Source of the DNA: Candidatus Fermentithermobacillaceae bacterium DTU015
GTDB taxonomy: Bacteria > Bacillota > Sulfobacillia > Fermentithermobacillales > Fermentithermobacillaceae
Length of the DNA: 64,000 bases
Direction: 5' to 3'
Assembly (NCBI GenBank): GCA_001513185.1
Contig: LFST01000046.1
Span: forward strand, 171,739-235,738
A program made the translations under genes and the position numbers. This document shows positions 9,281-18,400 of this stretch, piece after piece (position 1 is the first letter of the stretch; the number at the start of each line of letters is the position of its first letter). Under the pieces are notes generated by a model. That model was not told where the DNA came from, did no database searches, and saw only the letters and a list, made by a program, of their open reading frames with translations.

Positions 9281-11878
9281 TTAACCCTGGCCTTCTACTT
9301 CTGCCAAGAGCTTCTGCAGGGACTCTTTGGCATCGCCTAGGAGAAGCACCACATGGGGCATCTCGTAGAGCGGGTTGTCTACTCCTGAATAGCCGGGCTT
9401 GGTGTCTAGGTTGCACACGATCACTTTCTTGGCTTTGTCTACATCGAGTATGGGCATGCCATAGATGGGTGTGTCTTCTGCGGTGTTGGCGGCAGGGTTG
9501 ACCACGTCGCAGGCACCCACTACTATGGCAACGTCGGTTTCAGGGAATTCAGGATTGATGTCGTCCATTTCGCAAAGCTTGTCATATGGGACGTCAACTT
9601 CAGCCAAGAGCACGTTCATATGGCCAGGCATCCTTCCGGCCACTGGGTGGATGGCGAACTTGACTTCCACCCCTCTGGCCTCGAGGGCATCCATGAGCCG
9701 TTTTACGTGCTGCTGCGCCTGGGCGATTGCCATGCCGTAGCCAGGCACGATGATGACCTTCTTGGCTTTGGCTAACGCTTCTCCCAATGACTCTTTGCTT
9801 TCCGGCTGAGGCTGTGTGGTTGCAACGTCTTCCTCAGCGTCTGCTTTAGGCAGTGTTCCTTCTGAAGCATAGCCTTCAACCGCTTCCAAGAGCTTGCTCA
9901 AGGACTCTTTGGCATCACCCAAGAGAAGCACCACGTGGGGCATTTCGTAAAGCGGGTTGTCTACCCCTGAATAGCCAGGTTTGGTGTCCAAGTTGCACAC
10001 GATCACCTGCTTGGCCTTGTCAACGTCAAGCACAGGCATGCCGTAGATGGGAGTATCCTCTGCGGTGTTTGCCGCAGGGTTGACCACGTCGCAGGCACCC
10101 ACCACTATAGCCACGTCGGTGTCGGGGAACTCAGGGTTAATGTCGTCCATCTCGCATAGCTTGTCGTAGGGTACGTCCACTTCGGCAAGGAGCACGTTCA
10201 TGTGTCCGGGCATCCTGCCGGCTACAGGGTGGATGGCGAACTTAACTTCCACGCCTCTGGCTTCCAAGGTGTCCATGAGCCGCTTTACGTGCTGCTGTGC
10301 CTGGGCGATCGCCATGCCATAACCGGGTACGATGATCACCTTCTTGGCGGTGGCCAATGCCTTGCCCAAAGCCTGTTTGCTGTCTGGTTGAGGCTGTTCG
10401 GGTGTATCGGCTTCTTGTGTCATGGCCGGTGCTTCTTGTTGTGCAGCTTGGCCTTCAATCGCTTGCAACAGTTTAGTCAAGGACTCTTTGGCATCACCCA
10501 AGAGAAGCACCACGTGGGGCATTTCGTAAAGCGGGTTGTCTACCCCTGAATAGCCAGGTTTGGTATCCAGGTTGCACACGATGACGTTTTTCGCCTTATC
10601 TACATCAAGCACGGGCATGCCGTAGATGGGAGTATCCTCTGCGGTGTTTGCCGCAGGGTTAACCACGTCGCAAGCTCCTACTACTATGACAACATCGGTT
10701 TCCGGGAATTCAGGGTTGATGTCGTCCATCTCGCACAGCTTGTCGTAGGGCACGTCCACTTCGGCAAGGAGTACGTTCATGTGTCCGGGCATCCTGCCGG
10801 CTACAGGGTGGATGGCGAACTTGACCTCAGTGCCTTTGGCCTCGAGGGCATCCATGAGCCGCTTTACGTGCTGTTGCGCCTGGGCGATTGCCATGCCGTA
10901 GCCGGGCACGATGATAACCCGTTTGGCTTCCCTCAGCATACGTCCGGCAGGGAAAGGATCCTCTGCTTGTTCTTCGGGTGCCTGAAGTGCTTCAGCCGCC
11001 GGTACGGGTGCAGCTGGTTCTGCAGGGGCTTCCGGTGCTTCGTCCTGAGTCTTAGGTTTGGATGATGGTTTAGCGATGGCGCCGCTGAGCACGTGGGCGA
11101 GCGACCTGTTCATTGCCCTGCACATTATCTGGGTGAGGATAAGCCCTGATGCCCCGACGATCGCTCCTACCGCGATGAGCAGCGGGTCTGAAATGGTGAA
11201 ACCTACGATAGACCCCGCCAACCCTGAGAAAGAGTTGAGGAGCGAGATGGTGATGGGCATGTCAGCCCCACCCACCCTTATGGCGAACAGCACGCCGTAG
11301 ATGTTGGACAGGATGAGCACGAGCACTGACAAGGGCACCACTGCTGTATCGAAGAACAGGGTGGCAATCCCCAAGCCGAACATGGCTACGATACTCAGGT
11401 TGGCCCAGAAATTATGGTTTGGAAGGTGTACAGGCATCTGGGTCATGCGCCTGTCCAGCTTTGCCGCAGCTATCATACTGCCACTGAACGTCACGCCCCC
11501 GACGATGAGCCCCAGCTGGCCGCTGAGCTTGTTGAACGTAGCCATCTGATGGTATTTATCCATGACTTCCATCATGGATACCAGGGCCGAGGCTGCGCCG
11601 CCGAACCCGTTGAGCAAGGCTACCATCTGTGGCATCTGAATCATCTTGACCCTCAGGCCAAGGGTCAGGCCAAAGGCTGCACCAACTGCCATTGCCGCCC
11701 ACAGCAAAGGCACAGTCAGTATGCCATTGTTCCAAAGGGTCAACAGTATGGCGGTAAACATGGCCAGGGCGCTTAGTCGGTTGCCATTCACAGCGGTCCG
11801 GGGAGAGCTCATCATCTTAATGCCAAGGAGGACCAACCCTGAAAGCACGATCGAAACTACAACATATAAGCGATCCAT
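9281..11878 (-). CDS. pntB: NAD(P) transhydrogenase beta subunit (PntB) with three tandem dIII domains
   Basis: N-terminal ~270 aa multi-TM dII domain, P/A/E-rich linker, then three complete dIII NADP(H)-binding domains. Each begins KRVIIVPGYGMAIAQAQQHV and ends VVLLLGDAKESL. Confidence 0.85.
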   Translation of the reverse strand: MDRLYVVVSIVLSGLVLLGIKMMSSPRTAVNGNRLSALAMFTAILLTLWNNGILTVPLLWAAMAVGAAFGLTLGLRVKMIQMPQMVALLNGFGGAASALVSMMEVMDKYHQMATFNKLSGQLGLIVGGVTFSGSMIAAAKLDRRMTQMPVHLPNHNFWANLSIVAMFGLGIATLFFDTAVVPLSVLVLILSNIYGVLFAIRVGGADMPITISLLNSFSGLAGSIVGFTISDPLLIAVGAIVGASGLILTQIMCRAMNRSLAHVLSGAIAKPSSKPKTQDEAPEAPAEPAAPVPAAEALQAPEEQAEDPFPAGRMLREAKRVIIVPGYGMAIAQAQQHVKRLMDALEAKGTEVKFAIHPVAGRMPGHMNVLLAEVDVPYDKLCEMDDINPEFPETDVVIVVGACDVVNPAANTAEDTPIYGMPVLDVDKAKNVIVCNLDTKPGYSGVDNPLYEMPHVVLLLGDAKESLTKLLQAIEGQAAQQEAPAMTQEADTPEQPQPDSKQALGKALATAKKVIIVPGYGMAIAQAQQHVKRLMDTLEARGVEVKFAIHPVAGRMPGHMNVLLAEVDVPYDKLCEMDDINPEFPDTDVAIVVGACDVVNPAANTAEDTPIYGMPVLDVDKAKQVIVCNLDTKPGYSGVDNPLYEMPHVVLLLGDAKESLSKLLEAVEGYASEGTLPKADAEEDVATTQPQPESKESLGEALAKAKKVIIVPGYGMAIAQAQQHVKRLMDALEARGVEVKFAIHPVAGRMPGHMNVLLAEVDVPYDKLCEMDDINPEFPETDVAIVVGACDVVNPAANTAEDTPIYGMPILDVDKAKKVIVCNLDTKPGYSGVDNPLYEMPHVVLLLGDAKESLQKLLAEVEGQG
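9284..10921 (-). repeat. three tandem ~579-bp in-frame coding repeats (dIII domain plus linker) inside pntB
   Basis: Units at approx 10343-10921, 9764-10342 and 9284-9763. The two proximal copies share >80-nt identical runs. The distal (C-terminal) copy is ~85-90% identical to them. Confidence 0.85.
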
Positions 11879-11895
11879 CTCGACACCCCGTTAAT

Positions 11896-12183
11896 CTATT
11901 CTTGTTTCTTGAACATCTTAAGCATCCGGTCTGTAACCACAAACCCGCCTACTAGGTTGATGGTAGCCAAGGCTATGGCTACAAACCCAATAGCCATGCT
12001 CTTATAAGTCAAGGCGAATGCAGTGGCAACCAGGGAACCCAGTATGGTCACGCCAGAGATGGCGTTGGAACCCGACATGAGAGGTGTGTGAAGCAAAGAA
12101 GGCACTTCACTTATCACCTTGTACCCAAGCCAGGTTGCAACTGCAAAAACCACGACCTGAATCAGTAGATCCATGAATGCCAC
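11896..12183 (-). CDS. pntAB: NAD(P) transhydrogenase alpha subunit part 2 (PntAB, membrane)
   Basis: 95 aa, 3-4 TM helices, placed between pntAA and pntB as in split-alpha pnt operons. Confidence 0.8.
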   Translation of the reverse strand: MAFMDLLIQVVVFAVATWLGYKVISEVPSLLHTPLMSGSNAISGVTILGSLVATAFALTYKSMAIGFVAIALATINLVGGFVVTDRMLKMFKKQE

Positions 12184-12193
12184 TCCTTATAGA

Positions 12194-13375
12194 TTAGTCC
12201 AGTCCCATTGCTTCCCTTGCTCCGGCGTGAACCAGTTCGCCGTCTTTGCACACAAGTGAGGATGCAGTGATCTCGTCATCAAGGTCGATTACGACTTTGC
12301 CGTCTTTGACCAGGTGTGAAGCGTAGTTCAGCACGTTCCGTGCAAACATCGTGGTTGAGCTTTCGGGAACCATTCCGGGGATGTTCTTGGTTCCGTCGAT
12401 GCTAACTCCGTATTTTTCGATTACTTCGCCGCCAACGGTAAGTTCGCAGTTCCCGCCTTGGTCAATGGCAACGTCTACGATGGCGGAACCGGGCTTCATT
12501 GCTTTGACCATCTCTTCGGTAATGAGGACCGGTGCCAGCCGTCCAGGCACAAGGGCGGTAGCTACCACAACGTCGGACTTAATGATGGTGTCCTTGATAG
12601 CTTCACGTTCTTTGATCAGCCATTCTTCCGGAAGGGCCTTGGCGTAACCACCTTCACCTATTGCGATCTCAGCCGGGACCCCTGTTTCAACCGGCTTTGC
12701 TCCCAAGCTCTTGGCATGCTCCACTGCGTCGGGCCTGATATCTATCGCGTTAACCACGGCGCCAAGCCTCTTTGCAGTTGCCACTGCCTGGAGTCCTGCA
12801 ACTCCGGTTCCGATTACTGTTACGGTGGCAGGGGGGATCATACCTACTGCAGAGCCAATCATGGGCATGAACTTAGGCAGCCTGTTGGCAGCCATGAGTA
12901 CGGCCTTGTAACCGGCTACTGTGCTCATGGAAGTCAAAGCGTCCATGGCCTGGGCCCTCGAAATCCTGGGAATGCCGTCAAGGGTAAGCGCGGTAACGCC
13001 TTTTGCAGTCAGCTGCTTGACCATCTCATGGTTTGCCGGTGCAGCAGGGTGCAAGAAGGTAATAAGCACCTGGCCTTCATGCATCATATCAACTTCATGC
13101 TTGTTCTTTTCGGAATTGAAAAGCGGTTCTTTTACTTTGAGGATGATGTCAGCTTCTGCGAAAAGTTTTTCGACATCGTCAACGATTTCTGCGCCGGCCT
13201 TGACATATTCTTCATCGGGGAAGAATGAACCTACGCCTGCTCCCTTTTCGACCAGCACTTTGGCGCCGCCGGCTGTAAGTTTTTTCACTGTTTCAGGAAT
13301 ACCTGCTACGCGTCTTTCACCAGGCATGATCTCTTTGGGAATTCCGAAGACAAGACCTTGAAATTGCATGTGCAA
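12194..13375 (-). CDS. pntAA: NAD(P) transhydrogenase alpha subunit part 1 (dI, alanine dehydrogenase-like)
   Basis: Rossmann motif VIGTGVAGLQA and AlaDH/PNT family blocks. Confidence 0.9.
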   Translation of the reverse strand: MHMQFQGLVFGIPKEIMPGERRVAGIPETVKKLTAGGAKVLVEKGAGVGSFFPDEEYVKAGAEIVDDVEKLFAEADIILKVKEPLFNSEKNKHEVDMMHEGQVLITFLHPAAPANHEMVKQLTAKGVTALTLDGIPRISRAQAMDALTSMSTVAGYKAVLMAANRLPKFMPMIGSAVGMIPPATVTVIGTGVAGLQAVATAKRLGAVVNAIDIRPDAVEHAKSLGAKPVETGVPAEIAIGEGGYAKALPEEWLIKEREAIKDTIIKSDVVVATALVPGRLAPVLITEEMVKAMKPGSAIVDVAIDQGGNCELTVGGEVIEKYGVSIDGTKNIPGMVPESSTTMFARNVLNYASHLVKDGKVVIDLDDEITASSLVCKDGELVHAGAREAMGLD

Positions 13376-13589
13376 TGACCTCCTTTAAATTTTGGGGAAG
13401 CATGGCTGCGTATGTAATCCGGTCAGCTGGTTCGGCAAAAGCACCGTGTTGTGGAACTGTTTAGTCTTTGCCTCCCATCAGGTCTTGATTCTACAACGAT
13501 GGAGATAATCCTCTTTTTTTGGGTTTGATGTTATCATTTCTAAGGTACCATGGTTGTGATGCTGATTTTTCTGAAAAAGGGATGAGATT

Positions 13590-15155
13590 GTGTCAAACAA
13601 GGGTTTCGCCAGGGCGACAGTCATCGTTTCCGTCCTGAGCGTGCTTTCTAAAATAATGGGTTTTGTACGGGAACAGCTGGTAGCTTGGCTGTTTGGGGCA
13701 TCGGGGCTCACCGATGCCTATGTGGTAGCGCTTGCCATACCTACTGTGCTTACCGGAGTGATTTCCAATCCTGTGTCGACGGCTTTTTTGCCTGTATTTG
13801 CATCGTATGTAGCGCGGGATGACACAAAGGGTGCGACCAGGCTGGCGTCATCGGTGATTACATTGTCTGTAGGCGCCTTCCTGTTGGCAGGCCTGGCAGC
13901 TATCCCCTTTGCGCCGGCCCTGGTCAGATTGTATGCACCTGGGTTTTCAGGGCATGTGTTTGACAGTGCGGTGGGGCTTACCAGGCTGTTTTTTCCCGCT
14001 TTTGCGCTGCCCCTCTTGGGCGCTCTGTACAAGGGAATACTTAACACCTACAAGGAGTTTACGGTACCCGGCATAGCTCCCTTCGTTCAAAATCTGTGTA
14101 TAGTCGGTTTGACGGCTCTGTTGGCTCCGGCGCTGGGTGTACGTGGCCTGGCCATCGCTACGGTAGCGGGCTATCTGGCGTTTAACTTGATTCAGGTACC
14201 ATGGGTGCGCCGGCTGCGGTTGGGACTCAGCTTCATGCCGGAGGTAAGCCCTGGCACAAAGCAAGTTGCAAACCTCGCGCTTCCCCTCATGGTAGGCGGG
14301 CTGGCTACCCAGCTCTACACCCTTGTGGACAAGAACCTTGCGTCGAGGCTTGCCCAGGGTTCGATAGCCGCGCTAAATTTCGCCGGCAGGATAAGGTATT
14401 TGCCCATCGATCTGTTTGTCACCGCGGTGATCACTGTGGTATTCCCTGCCTTGTCTGAGATGTGGGCGCGGAAGGATGAGCAAGCCATGGGAGAGACCCT
14501 CATTACCGGTGCCCGTTTTGCCTTGTTTGTGTGCGTGCCTTCTGCAGTCGGGCTGGCGGTGCTGGCTAAGCCGGTTGTCAGGATTGCGTTTGAAAGAGGG
14601 GCATTTACCGGCACGGCCACCTTGCTTACCGCAGGCGCCTTGTCAGTTTACTCCCTCGGGATCGTAGGGCTGGCCCTTTGCAGGATCGTCGACGTAGGTT
14701 TTTACTCCAGCCAGAACACCTGGTATCCGGTATTGCTGGCTTTAGGGGTTTCGTGTGTGAATATTGTATATGATCTTGTGCTGGTTGGCCCTTTGGGCCA
14801 TATCGGCCTGGCACTTGCCAATGTGCTGGCGTCGTGGCTAGGCGCGGCAGCCGGCCTTATCTTGTACACCAAGCATATCGCCGGGGTTAACTTCAGACCA
14901 CTCATCGGATCGGGCTTGAAGATATTGCTTTCATCCGCGGTAATGGGCATATGCGCGTGGGCCCTCGGAACGTATTCCGGCGTGATTGCCGGCACGGGCA
15001 GCCTGACGCAGGACATCATATTGACGTTTATTGCCGTAGGGGTTTCAGTGTTGGTATATCTGGCGTGTGCCTTTATCCTTAAGTGTGAGGAGCTTGTGCT
15101 CATAACAAATATCGTAAGGCGCAGGTTGGGCAATTCAGGAAAGGAGAGCTCTTGA
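13590..15155 (+). CDS. murJ: lipid II flippase MurJ
   Basis: N-terminus VLSKIMGFVREQLVAWLFGASGLTDAYVVALAIP is typical of MurJ/MviN. 14 TM segments. Confidence 0.9.
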   Translation: MSNKGFARATVIVSVLSVLSKIMGFVREQLVAWLFGASGLTDAYVVALAIPTVLTGVISNPVSTAFLPVFASYVARDDTKGATRLASSVITLSVGAFLLAGLAAIPFAPALVRLYAPGFSGHVFDSAVGLTRLFFPAFALPLLGALYKGILNTYKEFTVPGIAPFVQNLCIVGLTALLAPALGVRGLAIATVAGYLAFNLIQVPWVRRLRLGLSFMPEVSPGTKQVANLALPLMVGGLATQLYTLVDKNLASRLAQGSIAALNFAGRIRYLPIDLFVTAVITVVFPALSEMWARKDEQAMGETLITGARFALFVCVPSAVGLAVLAKPVVRIAFERGAFTGTATLLTAGALSVYSLGIVGLALCRIVDVGFYSSQNTWYPVLLALGVSCVNIVYDLVLVGPLGHIGLALANVLASWLGAAAGLILYTKHIAGVNFRPLIGSGLKILLSSAVMGICAWALGTYSGVIAGTGSLTQDIILTFIAVGVSVLVYLACAFILKCEELVLITNIVRRRLGNSGKESS

Positions 15156-17293
15156 TGAGACCTGTAAGCTCAGAAGACTTGTACCTCATGAAGTGGGTGA
15201 GAGATCCCCAGATATCTCCTGACGGTACAAAGGTTTTGTTTGAAGTTAAGACAGTTGAACACGAAGGTACGTTGAAATCATATAAGACCCAAATATACAT
15301 GGCCTGTCTGGATAAACCTCAAACCGGCCCCATAAGGTTTACGTCGGGCATGGGCAACGACACCTCGCCTAGGTGGTCCCCTTGCGGGACAAAGGTGGCT
15401 TTTCTGTCTGACAGGGACAAGGACAAGAACCAGCTATATATCCTGTCCCTTGAGGGAGGCGAAGCAACCAAGGTTACATCTGTAGAGGGCGGGGTACGGA
15501 ACCCCAGCTGGTCCCCCGACGGAAAGAGAATCGCGTTCTGTGCCCTTGACCGGCAGGCGCAGCAGGACGAACCTAACTCAGGCAATAGCTCAGGGGTGAG
15601 GGTGGTTACCCGGCTGAGGCACAAGCTGGATTCCGTGGGCTTCCTTCCAGAAAGCAGTTACCAGATATATGTATTGGATGTAGAGTCGGGGGAAATCACC
15701 CAGCTTACTACGGGCCCCTATGACTGTCTTGAGCCTGAATGGTCTCCTGACGGCGAGCACATAGCTTTTGTATCCGCCAGGTTCCCGGACTACGAGCTTT
15801 CCTATGTGAAAGATATCTGGGTGGTGCCGTCACAGGGCGGGGAGATGAAGCGGCTTACTTCAAGCGACGCGGTACTGTCTTCGCCTTCATGGTCTCCCGA
15901 TGGCAGGGCCATCGCTTGCTATGGCCACGACAACGGGTACAAAGGCGCTACCGTCCCAGGGATATGCCTGGTGGACCCGGAGGATGGCACTGTCAGGTTC
16001 CTTACAAGGCCGGCCCATCTTGGAGCAGGCCAGACTGCCACGTCAGACATGGTGTCTCCTACCCGTTCCAAGCCGGCTTGGTCTGCTGACGGCAAGAAGA
16101 TATATTTCAGTGCCTTGCACCGGGGGGCAACCGGCCTCTACAGTGTGGATGTGGATACCATGGCCGTGGATCACATCGTTGATGGAAAGTGTGTGATCTA
16201 CGGTTGGAGCAAAGCTGCATCCAGGGACAGGTTTGCTGCGGCGGTCACTTCGCCTGAGATAATCTGCGACATCTGGTGCGTTGATTTAAGCGTTGAGGCT
16301 CCCAAGCTGGAAGACACGGTGTTAGAAGTCACCGGCGGTAGGGGGCAAGTGAGGCGGATAACCCAGGTAAACAGGGAACTCCTTGAGTCCCTGTATCTAA
16401 GCCGCCCTGAGGAAGTAGAGGTAGAAGCGTACGACGGGCAGAAACTTCAGGCGTGGGTGATGAAACCCATAGGGATGCAAGATGAAGGCAAGTATCCGCT
16501 GGTGGTGCACATACACGGCGGGCCCCATTCGGCCTACGGTTACGCCTTTTTCCATGAGTTCCAGCTATTAGCCTCCCGGGGATACGGCGTGATTTTCGGT
16601 AACCCTAGGGGCAGCACCGGCTATGGGCAAGAATTCGTGGCGGCTACACGGCATGATTGGGGAGGCACCGACTACCAAGACGTAATGGCCATTGCAGATT
16701 TTGCAGCCAAGCTCCCCTGGGTCGACAACCAGAGGATGGGTGTTACCGGGGGAAGCTACGGAGGCTACATGACCAATTGGATAATCGGGCATACCAACCG
16801 GTTCAAGGCTGCGGTTTCCTGCAGGAGCACCTGCAACCGTTTCAGCCAGTTCGGCACAAGTGATGCTGCGTACATGAACGGGCAGTTTGAATTCGACGGC
16901 GACCCGTGGGATAACCCTGAGGCCTATTTGTCCAGATCTCCCATCATGTATGTGAGGAATGTTGAGACTCCCCTGCTCCTTATCCACAGCGAAGGGGATT
17001 TGAGGTGCCCCATAAGCCAGGCTGATGAGATGTTCGTCGCGCTTAAGAAACTTAGGAAGCCCGTTGTGATGGTCAGGTTCCCGGGAGAGAGCCACAACCT
17101 ATCCCGGACGGGCAAACCGCTCCACAGGGTCGAACGGCTGGAGTACATGGTGGCTTGGTTTGACAGATACATGGGCCCGGAAGAGAAGGATTATTCAGTT
17201 CCCCTTGCCAAGCCGGCAAACGTAGCTCTTAAACTGCCTAAACAGCCGGCGCTGGAAGAAGGTGAACCCGGCAGTGAAGCAGAGGTCCGGTAG
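15155..17293 (+). CDS. S9 family peptidase (prolyl oligopeptidase/acylaminoacyl-peptidase-like)
   Basis: N-terminal WD40-like beta-propeller repeats (WSPDG x4). C-terminal alpha/beta hydrolase with nucleophile elbow GGSYGGYM. Confidence 0.85.
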   Translation: MRPVSSEDLYLMKWVRDPQISPDGTKVLFEVKTVEHEGTLKSYKTQIYMACLDKPQTGPIRFTSGMGNDTSPRWSPCGTKVAFLSDRDKDKNQLYILSLEGGEATKVTSVEGGVRNPSWSPDGKRIAFCALDRQAQQDEPNSGNSSGVRVVTRLRHKLDSVGFLPESSYQIYVLDVESGEITQLTTGPYDCLEPEWSPDGEHIAFVSARFPDYELSYVKDIWVVPSQGGEMKRLTSSDAVLSSPSWSPDGRAIACYGHDNGYKGATVPGICLVDPEDGTVRFLTRPAHLGAGQTATSDMVSPTRSKPAWSADGKKIYFSALHRGATGLYSVDVDTMAVDHIVDGKCVIYGWSKAASRDRFAAAVTSPEIICDIWCVDLSVEAPKLEDTVLEVTGGRGQVRRITQVNRELLESLYLSRPEEVEVEAYDGQKLQAWVMKPIGMQDEGKYPLVVHIHGGPHSAYGYAFFHEFQLLASRGYGVIFGNPRGSTGYGQEFVAATRHDWGGTDYQDVMAIADFAAKLPWVDNQRMGVTGGSYGGYMTNWIIGHTNRFKAAVSCRSTCNRFSQFGTSDAAYMNGQFEFDGDPWDNPEAYLSRSPIMYVRNVETPLLLIHSEGDLRCPISQADEMFVALKKLRKPVVMVRFPGESHNLSRTGKPLHRVERLEYMVAWFDRYMGPEEKDYSVPLAKPANVALKLPKQPALEEGEPGSEAEVR

Positions 17294-17966
17294 GCGATAC
17301 ACATCCAAGGAAATATGGGGCTATCATGAAGACACAGCCAGCGAACTAAAGCTTGCAAGGGCGCTTAAGAAGGCAGGGGTTTGCTTTGAAAGGGAAGTCC
17401 CGATAAACCGGTTTATCGTAGATTTCCTGGTGGACGGCTGGCTTGTTGTGGAGGTGGACGGATGGAGCCACCTCACCGCCTCCCGCCAGCTGGAGGACAC
17501 AAAGCGCCAATCTGAGCTGGAATCGTGGGGGTTTTCGGTGATACGTATCCCTGCCATGGAAATTTCCCACCGAGCGGGCCTAAAACAGTGGGTCAACAAA
17601 ATCGTAAAACTGTCCAAGCAGGGCCCGCCAGGCCTGAACCAAACCGGTTTTGAAAATATCCACCTTAAGCAAGCAGTTGAACGTGTCCGGCGGGAGCTTG
17701 TGGAACAGGCGAGGAAAACAGGGCAAAAGGTTCAAGAGCAAAAACGTGAGGCCAGCCGCGTTTGGGCTGATGGACGTACCGTGGGTTCACGGAACCGGAC
17801 GCACACAGAGGAAAGCATGCACGACTACTTCGGCCCTGAGGCTGAGGATTTCGGGAAACTATTAGAGCAGTATGACTGGAGCAAAGCTCCTGTCAAACAC
17901 GAAGATGAGCCTGAAGAGAGGCAAAATGCCCGCGGGCGTCGTACACATAGGCGTAGACATAAGTAA
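17262..17966 (+). CDS. DUF559 endonuclease-domain protein with basic C-terminal tail
   Basis: Vsr/DUF559-like REVPINRFIVDFLVDGWLVVEVDGWSH. Start uncertain (ATG 17262 or GTG 17274). Confidence 0.6.
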   Translation: MNPAVKQRSGRRYTSKEIWGYHEDTASELKLARALKKAGVCFEREVPINRFIVDFLVDGWLVVEVDGWSHLTASRQLEDTKRQSELESWGFSVIRIPAMEISHRAGLKQWVNKIVKLSKQGPPGLNQTGFENIHLKQAVERVRRELVEQARKTGQKVQEQKREASRVWADGRTVGSRNRTHTEESMHDYFGPEAEDFGKLLEQYDWSKAPVKHEDEPEERQNARGRRTHRRRHK

Positions 17967-18006
17967 ACCTTACGTGTAGGCTTGGTTCAACCATAATGCA
18001 TCGGGG

Positions 18007-18378
18007 GTGGAGGCGATGCTCATACTGGCGGTGTTGCTGCTCATTCCGGTGGTGATATTTGCCGTCCAAAATGCCCAAGTGGTTGCTATCAATTTTTTGA
18101 GTTGGAGTTTGTCCCTCAATATGGCCATCGTGGTGATGGGTTGTTTGCTAATCGGTATGATTGTGGGGACTGTTTGGACTTGGTTCAAAGGAGCTAGGAT
18201 CAGGGGCCAGGTGAAACAGCTTACTAAGTCCCTGGAAGAGTCCACCAGGCGGGTCAAGGAACTCGAGCAAGCCTTGAAAGAAGAAAAACACAAGTCTGAT
18301 AAATTGGCCGCTGAAGCTGACAGGCTGGCGGCGGAGCTGGAAGCGCTAAGGGCACAAGGCTTGACAGACGTGCAGTAG
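18007..18378 (+). CDS. LapA-family (DUF1049) small membrane protein with coiled-coil tail
   Basis: Two TM helices followed by a coiled-coil segment. Same position as B. subtilis yrvD, upstream of recJ. Confidence 0.6.
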   Translation: MEAMLILAVLLLIPVVIFAVQNAQVVAINFLSWSLSLNMAIVVMGCLLIGMIVGTVWTWFKGARIRGQVKQLTKSLEESTRRVKELEQALKEEKHKSDKLAAEADRLAAELEALRAQGLTDVQ

Positions 18379-18400
18379 AGAAAGACGTGCTTTAGACAAG

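Noticed and set aside
9281-11065. Three ~580-bp direct repeats considered as a CRISPR array or mobile-element repeat
   Set aside because: Units are far longer than CRISPR repeats, have no spacers, and are in-frame copies of a protein domain within pntB.
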